NCBI GenBank assembly: GCA_044351695.1
Contig: JBILFF010000001.1
Span: forward strand, 66,722-130,721
DNA length: 64,000 nt
From: Bdellovibrionota bacterium
GTDB taxonomy: Bacteria > Bdellovibrionota > UBA2394
Direction: 5' to 3'
Shown: positions 1 through 10,075 of the stretch, one piece after another
How positions within the stretch are numbered: position 1 is the first letter of the stretch
How the letters are laid out: every line of letters starts with the position of its first letter
Notes under the pieces: generated by a model
The model's database searches: none
Seen by the model: only the letters and a program-made list of their open reading frames with translations
What the model was told of the DNA's origin: nothing
Program-made: the position numbers and the translations under genes

Positions 1-581
1 ATGCTCAGTCGGGCGTGATCGCCGAGGTGGGTCTTGAGCTCTATAATGAAATGCTTCATGAGTGCCTCACTGAAATTAGAAACGAGGTACGTGCAGAGCC
101 ACTACCAGACTTACAATCTGGATACAGCGCTTACATTCCCGCAGATTATATTTCAGATGCAGGCGTAAGAATTTCGACCTACCGACGATTCAATCAAATC
201 CGCAGCGATCAGGAGCTTTTGGATTTTGAAAGTGAGCTTTTGGACCGCTTTGGTTTGTACCCAGAAGAGGTGGATCTTTTGTGTCAAATCGCCAGCCTTC
301 GAAGTCGGGCCGCTAAACTTCGGGCCAAAGCAGTGGAGATACGGCCTGGTCGTATGCTTCTTGAGTTTAAGCCCAACACCCCGCTTGATCCGCAGCGAGT
401 ATTAAAAGACTACTCCCCCCAGGTCAGCCTAGACCCCAAGGGACGGCTTAATTTTAACTTTAAGTCTGCCATGCTCGACGCTCAGATCCTCAGCACCTCC
501 TCCTTTCGCTCGCCCGCGCTCCACGATCTCTTTGAGTGTCGCCAGTTTCTGAAAAAATTGACTGAAGACGTTAGCTCATAA
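1..581 (+). CDS. mfd: Transcription-repair coupling factor Mfd, C-terminal fragment. The gene begins upstream of the window and the reading frame is open from nt 1
   Basis: The translation (…ELLDRFGLYPEEV…IRPGRMLLEF…) matches the conserved Mfd C-terminal D7 region. The frame is open to the window edge. Confidence 0.7.
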   Translation, partial: AQSGVIAEVGLELYNEMLHECLTEIRNEVRAEPLPDLQSGYSAYIPADYISDAGVRISTYRRFNQIRSDQELLDFESELLDRFGLYPEEVDLLCQIASLRSRAAKLRAKAVEIRPGRMLLEFKPNTPLDPQRVLKDYSPQVSLDPKGRLNFNFKSAMLDAQILSTSSFRSPALHDLFECRQFLKKLTEDVSS

Positions 582-599
582 GCTTGTCATAATGCGCTC

Positions 600-1502
600 A
601 TGAGACTCTTCACTCTCTTGATGCTTGGCTTTTCTTGTGTAGCCTGTGAGAGGCGCCCACAAGCGCCCGTGCAGAATTCGGGCTTGGTCATTGCTGAGAT
701 CGATCAAAAGAAGATTGTAGATCGTGATTTTCTTTCGCTCATCGAGATCATCGAACAAAGAACCCCCCTTCAGCTCGAGTCCTATCCCCAGAGACGCGAG
801 CTTTTGGACCAACTCATTCATGTCGAGCTTCTCTACCAAGAGGCGCTCGCTCAGGGCCTTGCTGAATCCGTGCAGTTTAAAACGCGGCTGGCAGATGCTT
901 ATGTCGAAGAGCTCGCACGTCGCGCTCGTCAAGCCATCACCGAGCTCGATGTCAAAAATGAATACGCACGAAATCCAGCCGCCTACGATCAGATATCGGC
1001 TCGACATATTTTGCTGGCCCTGCCCGAGGGGCGATCGACATCGGAGTCTGTGCGAGAAGAAAAGCGTCGGCGGGCTCAGCAACTCCGTGAAGAGCTCGTC
1101 CAAGACCCCAATCTATTTGTTCAATACGCTCGTCAGTATTCTGAAGATCGCAGTGGTCGACAGGGCGGAGAGCTTGGTTTTTTTATTCGAGAACAAATGG
1201 ATGCCGAATTTTCAAAGGCCGCTTTTGCTCTCAAAAAAGTCGGCGATATCAGCCCGGTCGTTCGCTCCAATTTTGGTTATCATATCATCCAGCTCACCGG
1301 CGATCGGCGTGGCCTTCAAAACCACCAAGAGACTATTCGCAGCTATCTTGTTCAAAAAAATCAGCGGGCGATTCTTCAAAGAGAGCTTGATCGTCTTAAA
1401 GAAAATCGATCGATACAGGTCTACGAAGAAAATCTTTCAAAAATTAGTCCTCTCCCCGCGCTTATTAAAAAGGACCCCCTTCCATTGATCGAGGAAAAGT
1501 AA
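600..1502 (+). CDS. SurA/PrsA-family parvulin-type peptidyl-prolyl isomerase, lipoprotein (paralog 1 of 3)
   Basis: N-terminal signal with lipobox Cys (LGFSCVAC). C-terminal parvulin domain (…ARHILL…GGELGFF…FGYHIIQL…). Position upstream of pdxA as in the E. coli surA-pdxA arrangement. Confidence 0.75.
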   Translation: MRLFTLLMLGFSCVACERRPQAPVQNSGLVIAEIDQKKIVDRDFLSLIEIIEQRTPLQLESYPQRRELLDQLIHVELLYQEALAQGLAESVQFKTRLADAYVEELARRARQAITELDVKNEYARNPAAYDQISARHILLALPEGRSTSESVREEKRRRAQQLREELVQDPNLFVQYARQYSEDRSGRQGGELGFFIREQMDAEFSKAAFALKKVGDISPVVRSNFGYHIIQLTGDRRGLQNHQETIRSYLVQKNQRAILQRELDRLKENRSIQVYEENLSKISPLPALIKKDPLPLIEEK

Positions 1503-2434
1503 TGCGACTTTTAAGTAATCACCCACTCCTTCTCTTGCCCCTCCTTTTTAGCTTTTGGTCCTGCACCTCCGCGCCGAGCGAGTCTGATCCTGTAGCGCGC
1601 GTCAATGGCGTGGTCATCACCGTGCGCGATTATGTGGATCTTTTTGAAAGCTTAAAACCCAGAGACACAAACCTCACCGATCAAGAGCGCCCACAGATTA
1701 GAAATTTGGTTCTCCAAACGCTGGTCAGACGCGCGGTGATTACTACTGCCGCTGAATCCAGAAATGTTTCTGTCACCGATATCGAGCTTCAAAAAGGAAT
1801 TAATAAAGTGAAGGCCGGATATCCCGATCAGCAATTCAACGAAAGTCTTTTAGAGGGAATGGTGGATGAGTCTGTTTGGAAAGAGCGGGTGAAAGAAAGT
1901 CTTTTGATTCAAAAACTTTTTGAACAAAACCGGCCGCAAATTCAAAAGCCCACCCTTCAAGAGGCGCTCGAATTTTTTGAAAAAAACGCCGATAGCTTTC
2001 GCCGAAACGCGCAGGCCAAAGCACTTCATATTGTTGTGGGCGACGAGAGTGTCGCCAAAGATGTGCGGCAAAAAATCGCAGGTGGCCGACTCCGATTTGT
2101 CGAGGCCGCCAGAAATTACAGCACCGGACCCGAAGCGCAGGATTCCGCCGTGATCACGGTCGATCGTGGCGTTCTGCCCCCCCCTCTCGATGATTTTCTT
2201 TTTGAAGGCCCCCTCGACCAGCTCTCGCCGGTTTTAAAAAGCAGTTATGGATATCACCTCCTTCAGGTCCTCTCTCGAAGTGCAGCCATCAACCAAGACT
2301 TCAAGGCGGTAAAAAATCAAATTCTGGATCGCCTGTTTGAGGAGCGCCGACAAGAGTGGCTCTCTCGCTTTGAAGAAGAGCTCATTCGTTCGGCTGAAAT
2401 CGAATACAATCGAGAGCTCATTTCAAAGCTATAA
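1502..2434 (+). CDS. SurA/PrsA-family parvulin-type PPIase, lipoprotein (paralog 2)
   Basis: Signal peptide plus Cys (FWSCTSA). Parvulin-like C-terminus (…KALHIVV…YGYHLLQV…). TAATG overlap with the previous gene. Confidence 0.7.
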   Translation: MRLLSNHPLLLLPLLFSFWSCTSAPSESDPVARVNGVVITVRDYVDLFESLKPRDTNLTDQERPQIRNLVLQTLVRRAVITTAAESRNVSVTDIELQKGINKVKAGYPDQQFNESLLEGMVDESVWKERVKESLLIQKLFEQNRPQIQKPTLQEALEFFEKNADSFRRNAQAKALHIVVGDESVAKDVRQKIAGGRLRFVEAARNYSTGPEAQDSAVITVDRGVLPPPLDDFLFEGPLDQLSPVLKSSYGYHLLQVLSRSAAINQDFKAVKNQILDRLFEERRQEWLSRFEEELIRSAEIEYNRELISKL

Positions 2435-2501
2435 GCGCTGTGATTTCGAGCACTTAAATATCTTTCCCGAGTGGTGGCCAAATCTGATATAAAAGGGGCC
2501 T

Positions 2502-3446
2502 ATGTTTTTTAGCCTGATTGTTTGGTCTTCTGTGTCTGCCGCACCCGCACCCGCACCCACGCTCGAACGGGTTGCGACCCCTCCCTCAGGATCCAAAACG
2601 ATTGAAAGAATTGAAGCCCGAGTGGGAACGCAAATCATCACCACCTCAGAGCTGCGAGCGATGGAGGCCTTGCTCAAATCAGTAGAAGTTCGTGGTAGCT
2701 CCGAAACAACACTTCGCCAGCGAGCACTCGATTTACTGATCGAGCAAGCTTTGATTCGAGACTTTTTAGCAAAGCGAGAGATGACGATTAGTGAGCAAGA
2801 CGTTGAGCGCCGCGTTCAGGGCTTACGATCAAGCCAGGGCCTTTCTAGTTATGAAGAGCTTCAACAGCTTTTAGCCTCAAAAGGCGGAAGCCTTGAGCAA
2901 CTGAGAACCGACCTCAGAATGCAACTCGAGAGCCAGGCTTTTTTTGCAGCCATTAAACGAGAGGGTTTGCAGAGCATTCAAGAGTCGGACCTAAAAAATT
3001 ATTATCAACAAAATCGGGATCAGTTTGATCAGAACATTGAGCTGACTGTTCAGGAGTGCATGATTGATGCGGCCGCCGAAAAAGCCGATGCGCTAGTATC
3101 AAAATATGTATCGCAGCCCAGCTTGTTTGACGAATGTGTTCGCCTTCACAGCATAAGCCCCTCAAAAGCTCGGCAGGGAATGTTGGGCTCGATCACCCGT
3201 GGCATTTTGCGAGAAGAGGTGGAGAGCGTTTTATTTAGCACCGCGGTAGGAAGGGTCGCCCGGGTGAGCCTGCCCAACGCCACTCAGCTTTTAAAAGTGT
3301 TAGGCAAAAAGAATTTGGGAGCTCAGAGCTTTGATCAGGCTCGCTCTCAAATCGAGAGCATTCTAGAAGCGCAGCAAATGAATAAAGCCAAAGAAAGAGT
3401 GCTGAACGAGCTTCGGAGTTCCACTTTTATCAAAGTCGAATCTTAA
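2502..3446 (+). CDS. SurA N-terminal-domain chaperone / PPIase-like periplasmic protein (paralog 3)
   Basis: Signal peptide. SurA_N-like region and degenerate parvulin-like C-terminal domain. Same operon context upstream of pdxA. Confidence 0.6.
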   Translation: MFFSLIVWSSVSAAPAPAPTLERVATPPSGSKTIERIEARVGTQIITTSELRAMEALLKSVEVRGSSETTLRQRALDLLIEQALIRDFLAKREMTISEQDVERRVQGLRSSQGLSSYEELQQLLASKGGSLEQLRTDLRMQLESQAFFAAIKREGLQSIQESDLKNYYQQNRDQFDQNIELTVQECMIDAAAEKADALVSKYVSQPSLFDECVRLHSISPSKARQGMLGSITRGILREEVESVLFSTAVGRVARVSLPNATQLLKVLGKKNLGAQSFDQARSQIESILEAQQMNKAKERVLNELRSSTFIKVES

Positions 3447-3449
3447 AAA

Positions 3450-4379
3450 ATGTCAGAAGTCGTCCTCGCTTTAAGTGTAGGTGACCCCTGCTCGATTGGC
3501 CCCGAGATTGTTGCCGCTGCCCTGCCCGAATTTGTGGGCCGATACCCCGATGTAAGGGTGCGAGTTTTTGGTCAACTCCCGCACCATCTCCATAAAAGTC
3601 TCGAAGGCCTCGCCCGATTAGAGCTCGAAAATGTCGGCGATTCTCGCTTTGAACCGGGCCGACCCTCCGCTCTGTCTGGCCAATCGGCGATTGAATCTCT
3701 TCGTGCAGCGGCTCTTTATTGTCTTCACAGAAAGGCCCAGGCTCTGGTGACCGGTCCCGTAGACAAATATTTTTGTGCGCTCAACGATCAGAGCTTTGTA
3801 GGTCAAACGGAGTTTCTCAAAAAGCTAACACAAAGTAATTCCGTCACGATGATGCTTGCGAACTCACAGCTCCGAGTGGCTTTGGTGACGACGCATCTAG
3901 CTCTTCGCGACGTCTCTCGGGCCGTGACAAGCCAGGGCATTTTGCAGACCACGAGAAACCTCCATCTCTATTTGCGTCGATCTATTTCAAATCCCCAAAT
4001 TGCCGTCTGTGCCTTAAACCCTCACGCTTCTGACCATGGTCTTTTTGGAGACGAAGAGGAGCGCATTTTAAAGCCCGCTATCGATGTATTAAAAGAAGAG
4101 GGCCTCAGCGTATCGGGCCCACTGCCGGCAGATACTGCCTTTTGTCCGCCCCGCAAATTCGATGCGTACGTCTGCATGTACCACGATCAAGCTCTGATTC
4201 CGCTTAAGATGTCGGGTTTTTTTGAAGCGATCAATGTTTCGCTCGGACTGCCCTTCTTGCGCACCAGTGTGGATCATGGAACCGCTTTTGATATTGCGGG
4301 ACGTGGTCAGGCCTCTCCCTTAAGTCTGAAAAACGCACTTGAGGCCGCACGGGAGTGGGCTAAATCTGCTGGTCATTGA
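3450..4379 (+). CDS. pdxA: 4-hydroxythreonine-4-phosphate dehydrogenase
   Basis: Motifs GDPCSIGPEI and …SVDHGTAFDIAGRG… are typical of PdxA. 309 aa. Confidence 0.9.
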   Translation: MSEVVLALSVGDPCSIGPEIVAAALPEFVGRYPDVRVRVFGQLPHHLHKSLEGLARLELENVGDSRFEPGRPSALSGQSAIESLRAAALYCLHRKAQALVTGPVDKYFCALNDQSFVGQTEFLKKLTQSNSVTMMLANSQLRVALVTTHLALRDVSRAVTSQGILQTTRNLHLYLRRSISNPQIAVCALNPHASDHGLFGDEEERILKPAIDVLKEEGLSVSGPLPADTAFCPPRKFDAYVCMYHDQALIPLKMSGFFEAINVSLGLPFLRTSVDHGTAFDIAGRGQASPLSLKNALEAAREWAKSAGH

Positions 4380-4416
4380 TTAGACCGCCGTCTAACTTGG
4401 GGACGCTTAAAACCCT

Positions 4417-6987
4417 ATGGCAAACCCAACGTCCATCGTCAAAAAGAATGCGGCCGAAAGCGCTCAGCTGCGCCAAAGAATTAGCTCAAGCATTCATATC
4501 CAAGGAGCTCGCGAGAATAATCTTAAAAACCTGAGCCTCTCGATTCCAAAAAATAAGCTGATCGTTATTACTGGTCCGAGTGGTAGTGGTAAGTCGACCC
4601 TTGCTTTTGACACCATCTTTGCCGAGGGTCAGCGTCGATACATCGAAAGCTTATCGGCCTATGCTCGGCAGTTCGTCGAACAACTCAAAAAACCCGAGGT
4701 CGATTCGATCACCGGACTTTGCCCCTCCATTGCCATTCAGCAAAAAACGATTTCTAAAAATCCTCGCTCCACCGTTGGGACCATCACTGAAATTTATGAT
4801 TTCATGCGAGTTCTCTTTAGTCGCGTCGGTGATGCGTTTTGTCCTAAGTGTGATAGTCCCATCGCCTCTCAATCTCTCAGCCAGATTGCTGATCAAATCC
4901 TTCATTTTCAAGAGGGCACAAAAATCAATATTTTGGCAGTGATCGCTCAGCGAAAAAAGGGCGAGTTTGCCAAAGAAATCAATCAGCTCATCCGACAGGG
5001 TCATGTACGCGCTCGAATTGATGGACGAGACTATCAAATTGAACTCGGACAAAAATTAGACAAAAGCAAACCCCACGACTTCTATGTCTATCTCGACCGC
5101 CTCGCCATCAAGGCCTCAGCGAGAGATCGAATTTTGCAGGCTGTTGAGACCGCCGCTCAAATTGGGGAGGGGCGGATTTTGGTGGAGCGCTTTGAAGAGG
5201 GCGATTCGGTTTTATTTTCGCAGAGTCTAAGTTGTGCCAAGTGTGGCTTTAGCCTTCCCGAAATGACGCCCCGACTTTTTTCTTTTAATTCGCCCATCGG
5301 AGCTTGTACGAGCTGTCGTGGCCTGGGCAGCCTTTCTTCTGAAGAAGAGCTTGAGTCGGCGGAAGACGAGATCGACGAAGAAGAGTTTACACACGACACC
5401 CAGACCTGTCCCGATTGCCGGGGCGCGCGACTCAAGCCCGAATCTCTGTCGGTTTTCATTCAAGAGACCAACATTTCAACGATCTCAAAAATGAGTGTTC
5501 AAAAAGCTCTCACGTTTTTCAAAGGCCTAGAATTCACAGGAAATCGAAAGATTATCTCTGAAAAAATCCTACACGAAATCGTAGAGCGACTCCGGTTTTT
5601 AGATCAGGTGGGCCTCGACTATCTGAGTCTCGATCGTTTAGCAGCAAGCCTAAGTGGCGGAGAAGAGCAGCGAGTTCGTCTCGCCACTCAAATGGGAGTA
5701 CAGTTGACTGGTGTGCTCTATATTTTGGATGAGCCGAGCATTGGGCTGCACCAAGTGGACAATCAGAAGCTCATTGAGTCATTAAAAAAACTGAGAGATC
5801 AGGGCAATACCGTGATTGTTGTTGAACACGATGTCGACACCATGCTCGCTTCAGACTGGTTGATCGACCTCGGTCCCGGCGCGGGCCGTCACGGAGGCTC
5901 GATTGTCGAGGCGGGAGAGCCCGGGGCGCTTTCTCAGGGAATCACCGCCAAGTTCCTACAAGGGACCGAACGAATTGACCGCCCTCAAAAGGGCTCTGAG
6001 GGTAGTGGCAAATCGCTTTGGATTCGCGGCGCGAATCTACACAATCTCAAAAATGTGGATGTTGAAATTCCGCTGGGCAAGTTTGTGGCCGTCTCAGGAG
6101 TGTCTGGTAGCGGCAAGTCGAGTTTGATTATGGATGTTCTTGCAACGAGCATCCATGATGGCAAAGCCTATCATTGCAAAAAAATAGAGGGGCTACAGCA
6201 CATCGAAAAAATGATTCGCGTCACTCAAAGCCCGATTGGTCGCTCTCCCCGAAGCAACCCCTCAACTTATGTAGGAATTTTTTCAAGTATTCGCGAGCTC
6301 TTTGCTCAAACTCCCGTAGCGCGCCAGCGTGGCTACAGCATTTCTAGATTTAGCTTTAACACTAAGGGGGGGCGCTGTGAGGAGTGTCAGGGCGCTGGTG
6401 TCAAAAAAATTGAAATGCACTTTTTGCCCAACGTCAGCGTCACCTGCGATCGTTGTTACGGCCGGCGCTATAATTCTCAGACGCTCGAGGTTCTTTTTAA
6501 AGGCAAAAATATTTTTGAAGTTCTGGATATGAGCTTCGAAGAGGCTCTCGGTTTTTTTGAAAACATTTCTTTTCTTCATCGTAAAATGAAGAGCTTTTGC
6601 GATGTGGGCTTAGGTTATTTAAAGCTGGGCCAGCCCGCCACCACACTCTCTGGCGGAGAGGCCCAGCGTGTAAAGCTCGTCAAAGAGCTGGTCAAAACGC
6701 ACAGCGGCCAAAGCCTCTATATTTTGGACGAGCCCACCACCGGCCTGCACTTGGTTGACATTCGACAACTGATTCGCGTTTGTCAGGAATTGGTCAAACT
6801 TGGCAACACCGTAGTGGTGATTGAACATCAACTCGATGTGATTAAGGTGGCCGATCACGTGATTGATCTTGGGCCTGCAGGAGGAGAGGGCGGGGGTGTG
6901 ATCGTCGCTCAAGGAAGCCCTGAAGAAGTGGCTAAGAACTCCAAGTCGGCGACCGGCAGGTTTTTAAAGCAAGTTCTCGCTGCATAA
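4417..6987 (+). CDS. uvrA: Excinuclease ABC subunit A (UvrA), insertion domain absent
   Basis: Two ABC ATPase modules (GPSGSGKST; GVSGSGKSS), signature motifs LSGGE(E/A)QR, zinc-finger CxxC pairs. At 856 aa it is about 90-110 aa shorter than E. coli UvrA. Confidence 0.9.
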   Translation: MANPTSIVKKNAAESAQLRQRISSSIHIQGARENNLKNLSLSIPKNKLIVITGPSGSGKSTLAFDTIFAEGQRRYIESLSAYARQFVEQLKKPEVDSITGLCPSIAIQQKTISKNPRSTVGTITEIYDFMRVLFSRVGDAFCPKCDSPIASQSLSQIADQILHFQEGTKINILAVIAQRKKGEFAKEINQLIRQGHVRARIDGRDYQIELGQKLDKSKPHDFYVYLDRLAIKASARDRILQAVETAAQIGEGRILVERFEEGDSVLFSQSLSCAKCGFSLPEMTPRLFSFNSPIGACTSCRGLGSLSSEEELESAEDEIDEEEFTHDTQTCPDCRGARLKPESLSVFIQETNISTISKMSVQKALTFFKGLEFTGNRKIISEKILHEIVERLRFLDQVGLDYLSLDRLAASLSGGEEQRVRLATQMGVQLTGVLYILDEPSIGLHQVDNQKLIESLKKLRDQGNTVIVVEHDVDTMLASDWLIDLGPGAGRHGGSIVEAGEPGALSQGITAKFLQGTERIDRPQKGSEGSGKSLWIRGANLHNLKNVDVEIPLGKFVAVSGVSGSGKSSLIMDVLATSIHDGKAYHCKKIEGLQHIEKMIRVTQSPIGRSPRSNPSTYVGIFSSIRELFAQTPVARQRGYSISRFSFNTKGGRCEECQGAGVKKIEMHFLPNVSVTCDRCYGRRYNSQTLEVLFKGKNIFEVLDMSFEEALGFFENISFLHRKMKSFCDVGLGYLKLGQPATTLSGGEAQRVKLVKELVKTHSGQSLYILDEPTTGLHLVDIRQLIRVCQELVKLGNTVVVIEHQLDVIKVADHVIDLGPAGGEGGGVIVAQGSPEEVAKNSKSATGRFLKQVLAA

Positions 6988-6989
6988 AA

Positions 6990-7018
6990 AAAGCCCAGCC
7001 AATTTCTTGGCCGGGCTT
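6990..7018. terminator. Bidirectional stem-loop between convergent uvrA and atpE
   Basis: agcccagcc-aatttctt-ggccgggct forms an 8/9 bp stem immediately after the uvrA stop, between convergent genes. Confidence 0.4.
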
Positions 7019-7046
7019 AAACAGACTCTCTACTTTCTGAAAGAGA

Positions 7047-7433
7047 TTATCCCAGAACAGTAAGCTTAAATACGAAAGCGAAAATCAAAGTAAAGATCAC
7101 CAGGGCCTCCATGAACGCAAGACCAAGAATCAACGGTGCCAACATAGGACCAGCTGCCTGAGGATTTCTTGAAATCCCTTCCATCGCTGAGCTGACCGCT
7201 TTACCTTGACCAAGGCCCACGCCCAAAACCGCGATACCCATCGCAAAAGCAGCGGCCAAAGCCAGATATTTCAACACTTCAGTCGACCCATCAGCAGCAC
7301 CTGTTGCGGCAACGGCTTCTTCAGCAGTAAGTCCTGCTGCGCTCACCATCAAACATGCTCCGGCGAGTCCGCCAAATCGAATCATTGAGTTTACAAGTTT
7401 CATTCTGAGATTCTCCTTCTTTAAAATTACCAA
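7047..7433 (-). CDS. atpE: F0F1 ATP synthase subunit c. The true start is probably the internal Met (MKLVN…)
   Basis: Two-TM hairpin with the conserved GIAVLGVGLGQGKAV…AMEGISRNPQ…MEALVIF motif of c subunits. Confidence 0.85.
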   Translation of the reverse strand: MVILKKENLRMKLVNSMIRFGGLAGACLMVSAAGLTAEEAVAATGAADGSTEVLKYLALAAAFAMGIAVLGVGLGQGKAVSSAMEGISRNPQAAGPMLAPLILGLAFMEALVIFTLIFAFVFKLTVLG

Positions 7434-8165
7434 TTAATGATCGTGAGATACCGCCATCTGGATGTACACCGTCGACAACAAGGTGAACACCAACGCCTGG
7501 ACCACACAAACGATTAATCCCAAAGCCATTGCCACAATGGGCAAGAAGAGAGGAACCAAACCAGAAACCACACCTTCAAATGTATGATCTCCATTCACAA
7601 CCCCCCAGAGACGGAGACTGAGAGTCATGGGTCGAATGAAGTGACTAAACAATTCTAAGAAAAAGAGGCCCACTCCGATAAACAAGGTGAATACCATCAT
7701 CACCGATCCATAGCCCTTCAGTGGCATCCCACCCATAAAGTGCTTGAGGTATCCAATTCCATTCGCTCTGAATCCAAAAAATTGATAGGCCGCAAAAACA
7801 AACAAACCCATCGCTAGATTGTTATTAAAATCCGCCGTGGGAGACAGCAGGCCCGGAATAAGTCCCATAAAGTTAGAGATAAAAATCAAAACAAAAGTGG
7901 TCGCGATGATTCCCAAATATTGATCTGAGCCGTGGCCAATCATGCCCTTGAGTAGGTTTCTAAAATAATTCATCACCTCAACGAGAGCATTGAAGAGATT
8001 GAACTTCGCTTCGGGCAGCGCATCACCGTCGGCTTGCGCCAGTGCTTTTTTTCGAACCAGCAAGCCCACCGCGACAAGGCCTCCACTGGCCAGCACTGAA
8101 GCCGCAAAATATTTGAGATCTTTTGCGACTCCTACTGCTTCAAAAAGATTAACACCCGATGCCAT
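7434..8165 (-). CDS. atpB: F0F1 ATP synthase subunit a
   Basis: Polytopic membrane protein with LSLRLWGV… and the conserved subunit-a C-terminal region. Adjacent to atpE. Confidence 0.85.
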   Translation of the reverse strand: MASGVNLFEAVGVAKDLKYFAASVLASGGLVAVGLLVRKKALAQADGDALPEAKFNLFNALVEVMNYFRNLLKGMIGHGSDQYLGIIATTFVLIFISNFMGLIPGLLSPTADFNNNLAMGLFVFAAYQFFGFRANGIGYLKHFMGGMPLKGYGSVMMVFTLFIGVGLFFLELFSHFIRPMTLSLRLWGVVNGDHTFEGVVSGLVPLFLPIVAMALGLIVCVVQALVFTLLSTVYIQMAVSHDH

Positions 8166-8175
8166 TTAACAACCT

Positions 8176-8547
8176 TTAAGCTTCGCTTACTTGCCTTTTG
8201 GATCCAAGACTTTCTCGAATCGCCCAAACAATCAGGGAGAAAATAACGATCCCCACACCCATCGTAAAGGGCAAAAGAAGCGGCTTTGCGAACATCAAGA
8301 CTGCCGCAATCATAGCAATGAAGCTAAGGCTTTTCAAAAAAAGGAGGCCCAGAAATACTAATTTGTTTTTCCAGCGGGGAAGCCCTTGCGTCACCAAGTA
8401 GCTGGCCGCCATCAAGTTCATCAGGGCAAAGCCGCCCCCAACTAAAAACCACAGGCAGGCCTCGATCGACATAAAAAGGGCCGTGGCCAGCCCGCCAAAA
8501 AGATAAAGTCCCAAGCCGATCAAGAAGGATTGTTTAATTACTGCCAT
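8176..8547 (-). CDS. ATP synthase protein I (AtpI)-like membrane protein
   Basis: Small 4-TM hydrophobic protein immediately upstream of atpB, the usual position of atpI. Confidence 0.55.
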   Translation of the reverse strand: MAVIKQSFLIGLGLYLFGGLATALFMSIEACLWFLVGGGFALMNLMAASYLVTQGLPRWKNKLVFLGLLFLKSLSFIAMIAAVLMFAKPLLLPFTMGVGIVIFSLIVWAIRESLGSKRQVSEA

Positions 8548-8551
8548 AAGC

Positions 8552-8755
8552 TTAGTCCAATTTATTGGATGATTTTGCTACCTGGAGCAAGACCCGGATG
8601 CCAGCAAATAGCCCCAAAAAAAGCCCCGTCAAGGTAAGGGCGGGTGCAATTCCCCACTCGCGATCTAAATAGGCCCCCCCAACGATTCCGATGACCGTGT
8701 AGAAACCAAACTGAGATGCGGCCCAACCCAGGGCCAAAAGCTTTGACTGGGCCAT
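8552..8755 (-). CDS. AtpZ/AtpR-like small 2-TM membrane protein
   Basis: 67 aa, two TM helices, located between hemL and atpI. Confidence 0.45.
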   Translation of the reverse strand: MAQSKLLALGWAASQFGFYTVIGIVGGAYLDREWGIAPALTLTGLFLGLFAGIRVLLQVAKSSNKLD

Positions 8756-10065
8756 TACGGCACCTTCTCAAAGGCTCGATCGATCGCATCAATACTGGCC
8801 TCAGCCACCGCCTCCATGACGTGAGCTTGGTGCTGAGACGATAAAAAGCAGGACTCGTACTGACTCGGAGGATAATAAACCCCTCGCTCCATCAGTGACC
8901 AAAAGAATGTTTTGAACCTCTCAAGATGCGATTTTTTCGCGTCGGTAAAGTTTTGTGGGAGTTCCCCGCAAAAAAAGACGGTCAACATGCTTCCTACTTG
9001 AGCGACACAAGCCTCATAACCCTTAAACTCAATATGAGAGCGCAAATAGTTGGCCCACTGGCTCGCCGAGTGATCTAGGCTCTGAAAAAAGTACTTCTCG
9101 TCTTCTTCCATCAACTCAATCGAAGCCAGGCCCGCAGCGGCTCCCAAAGGATTGCCCGACAAAGTACCCGCTTGATACATGGGTCCGAGAGGGGCCACGC
9201 ATTGCATGATCTCTTTTTTTCCGCCGTAGGCCCCCACTGGAAGCCCGCCCCCAATCACCTTTCCAAAGCAATTGAGGTCGGGGGATATCGAATACAGTCC
9301 CTGTGCGCCCGCCTTGCTGAGTCGAAAGCCCGTCATCACCTCATCAAAAATCAAAACGCTCTTTTGCTCTGTGCAAAGCCGCCTGAGTTCTTGCACAAAC
9401 CTCAGCTGTGGCGCGACGACGCCCATGTTTCCAGAGACCAGCTCTAAGATGACGCCGGCAATTTGCCCTTCAAAGGTTTTGAAGAGTTGTTGAATCGATT
9501 CGACCGAATTGAATTCGGCCACCTGAGTCATGCTAATTGTTTTCTCGCTCACTCCAGCCGAGTCGGCCATTCCCAAAGTGGCAACCCCGCTGCCCGCAGC
9601 GACCAAAAAACTGTCGGCATGCCCATGGTAGTGACCGCTGAACTTGATAATTAAATCTCTACCCGTGTAAGCGCGCGCCAATCGAATCGCCGATAAACAA
9701 GCCTCGGTTCCTGAATTTACGAGACGCAGCATTTCTACGCTCGGCACGCACTTGGTGATCTTTTCGCAAAGCTGGTACTCGAGCTCACAGCTGATTCCAA
9801 AACTAGCGCCTTTTGCCAGAGCCTTCTCGATGGCAGCTTGAATTCTTGGATGACAATGCCCATGGATCAAGGGCCCCCAACTACAAACGAGATCGACAAA
9901 TCGATTTCCATCGACGTCAAAGAGATAGGGTCCCTTTCCGTGACTGGCAACAAAAGGCCGCCCACCCACCGATCTGAAAGAGCGAACCGGAGAATTTACT
10001 CCACCAGGGATGAATGCTTGGGCCTGAGTATAAAGTTTTTCAGAGCGATTAAAATTAAGTGCCAT
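8755..10065 (-). CDS. hemL: Glutamate-1-semialdehyde 2,1-aminomutase
   Basis: Class-III aminotransferase motifs (…FIPGGVNSPVRSF…, …LIFDEVMTGFR…, …GKVIGGGLPVGAYGG…). Confidence 0.9.
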   Translation of the reverse strand: MALNFNRSEKLYTQAQAFIPGGVNSPVRSFRSVGGRPFVASHGKGPYLFDVDGNRFVDLVCSWGPLIHGHCHPRIQAAIEKALAKGASFGISCELEYQLCEKITKCVPSVEMLRLVNSGTEACLSAIRLARAYTGRDLIIKFSGHYHGHADSFLVAAGSGVATLGMADSAGVSEKTISMTQVAEFNSVESIQQLFKTFEGQIAGVILELVSGNMGVVAPQLRFVQELRRLCTEQKSVLIFDEVMTGFRLSKAGAQGLYSISPDLNCFGKVIGGGLPVGAYGGKKEIMQCVAPLGPMYQAGTLSGNPLGAAAGLASIELMEEDEKYFFQSLDHSASQWANYLRSHIEFKGYEACVAQVGSMLTVFFCGELPQNFTDAKKSHLERFKTFFWSLMERGVYYPPSQYESCFLSSQHQAHVMEAVAEASIDAIDRAFEKVP

Positions 10066-10075
10066 GGCATCCTTT

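Noticed and set aside
724-1488. 254-aa plus-strand ORF overlapping the first SurA-like gene in another frame. Similar antisense or out-of-frame ORFs lie inside uvrA, gyrA, gyrB, atpA, the CpaF-like gene and others
   Set aside because: They are shadow ORFs inside well-supported conserved genes. They have low-complexity Ser/Arg-rich translations and no motifs.
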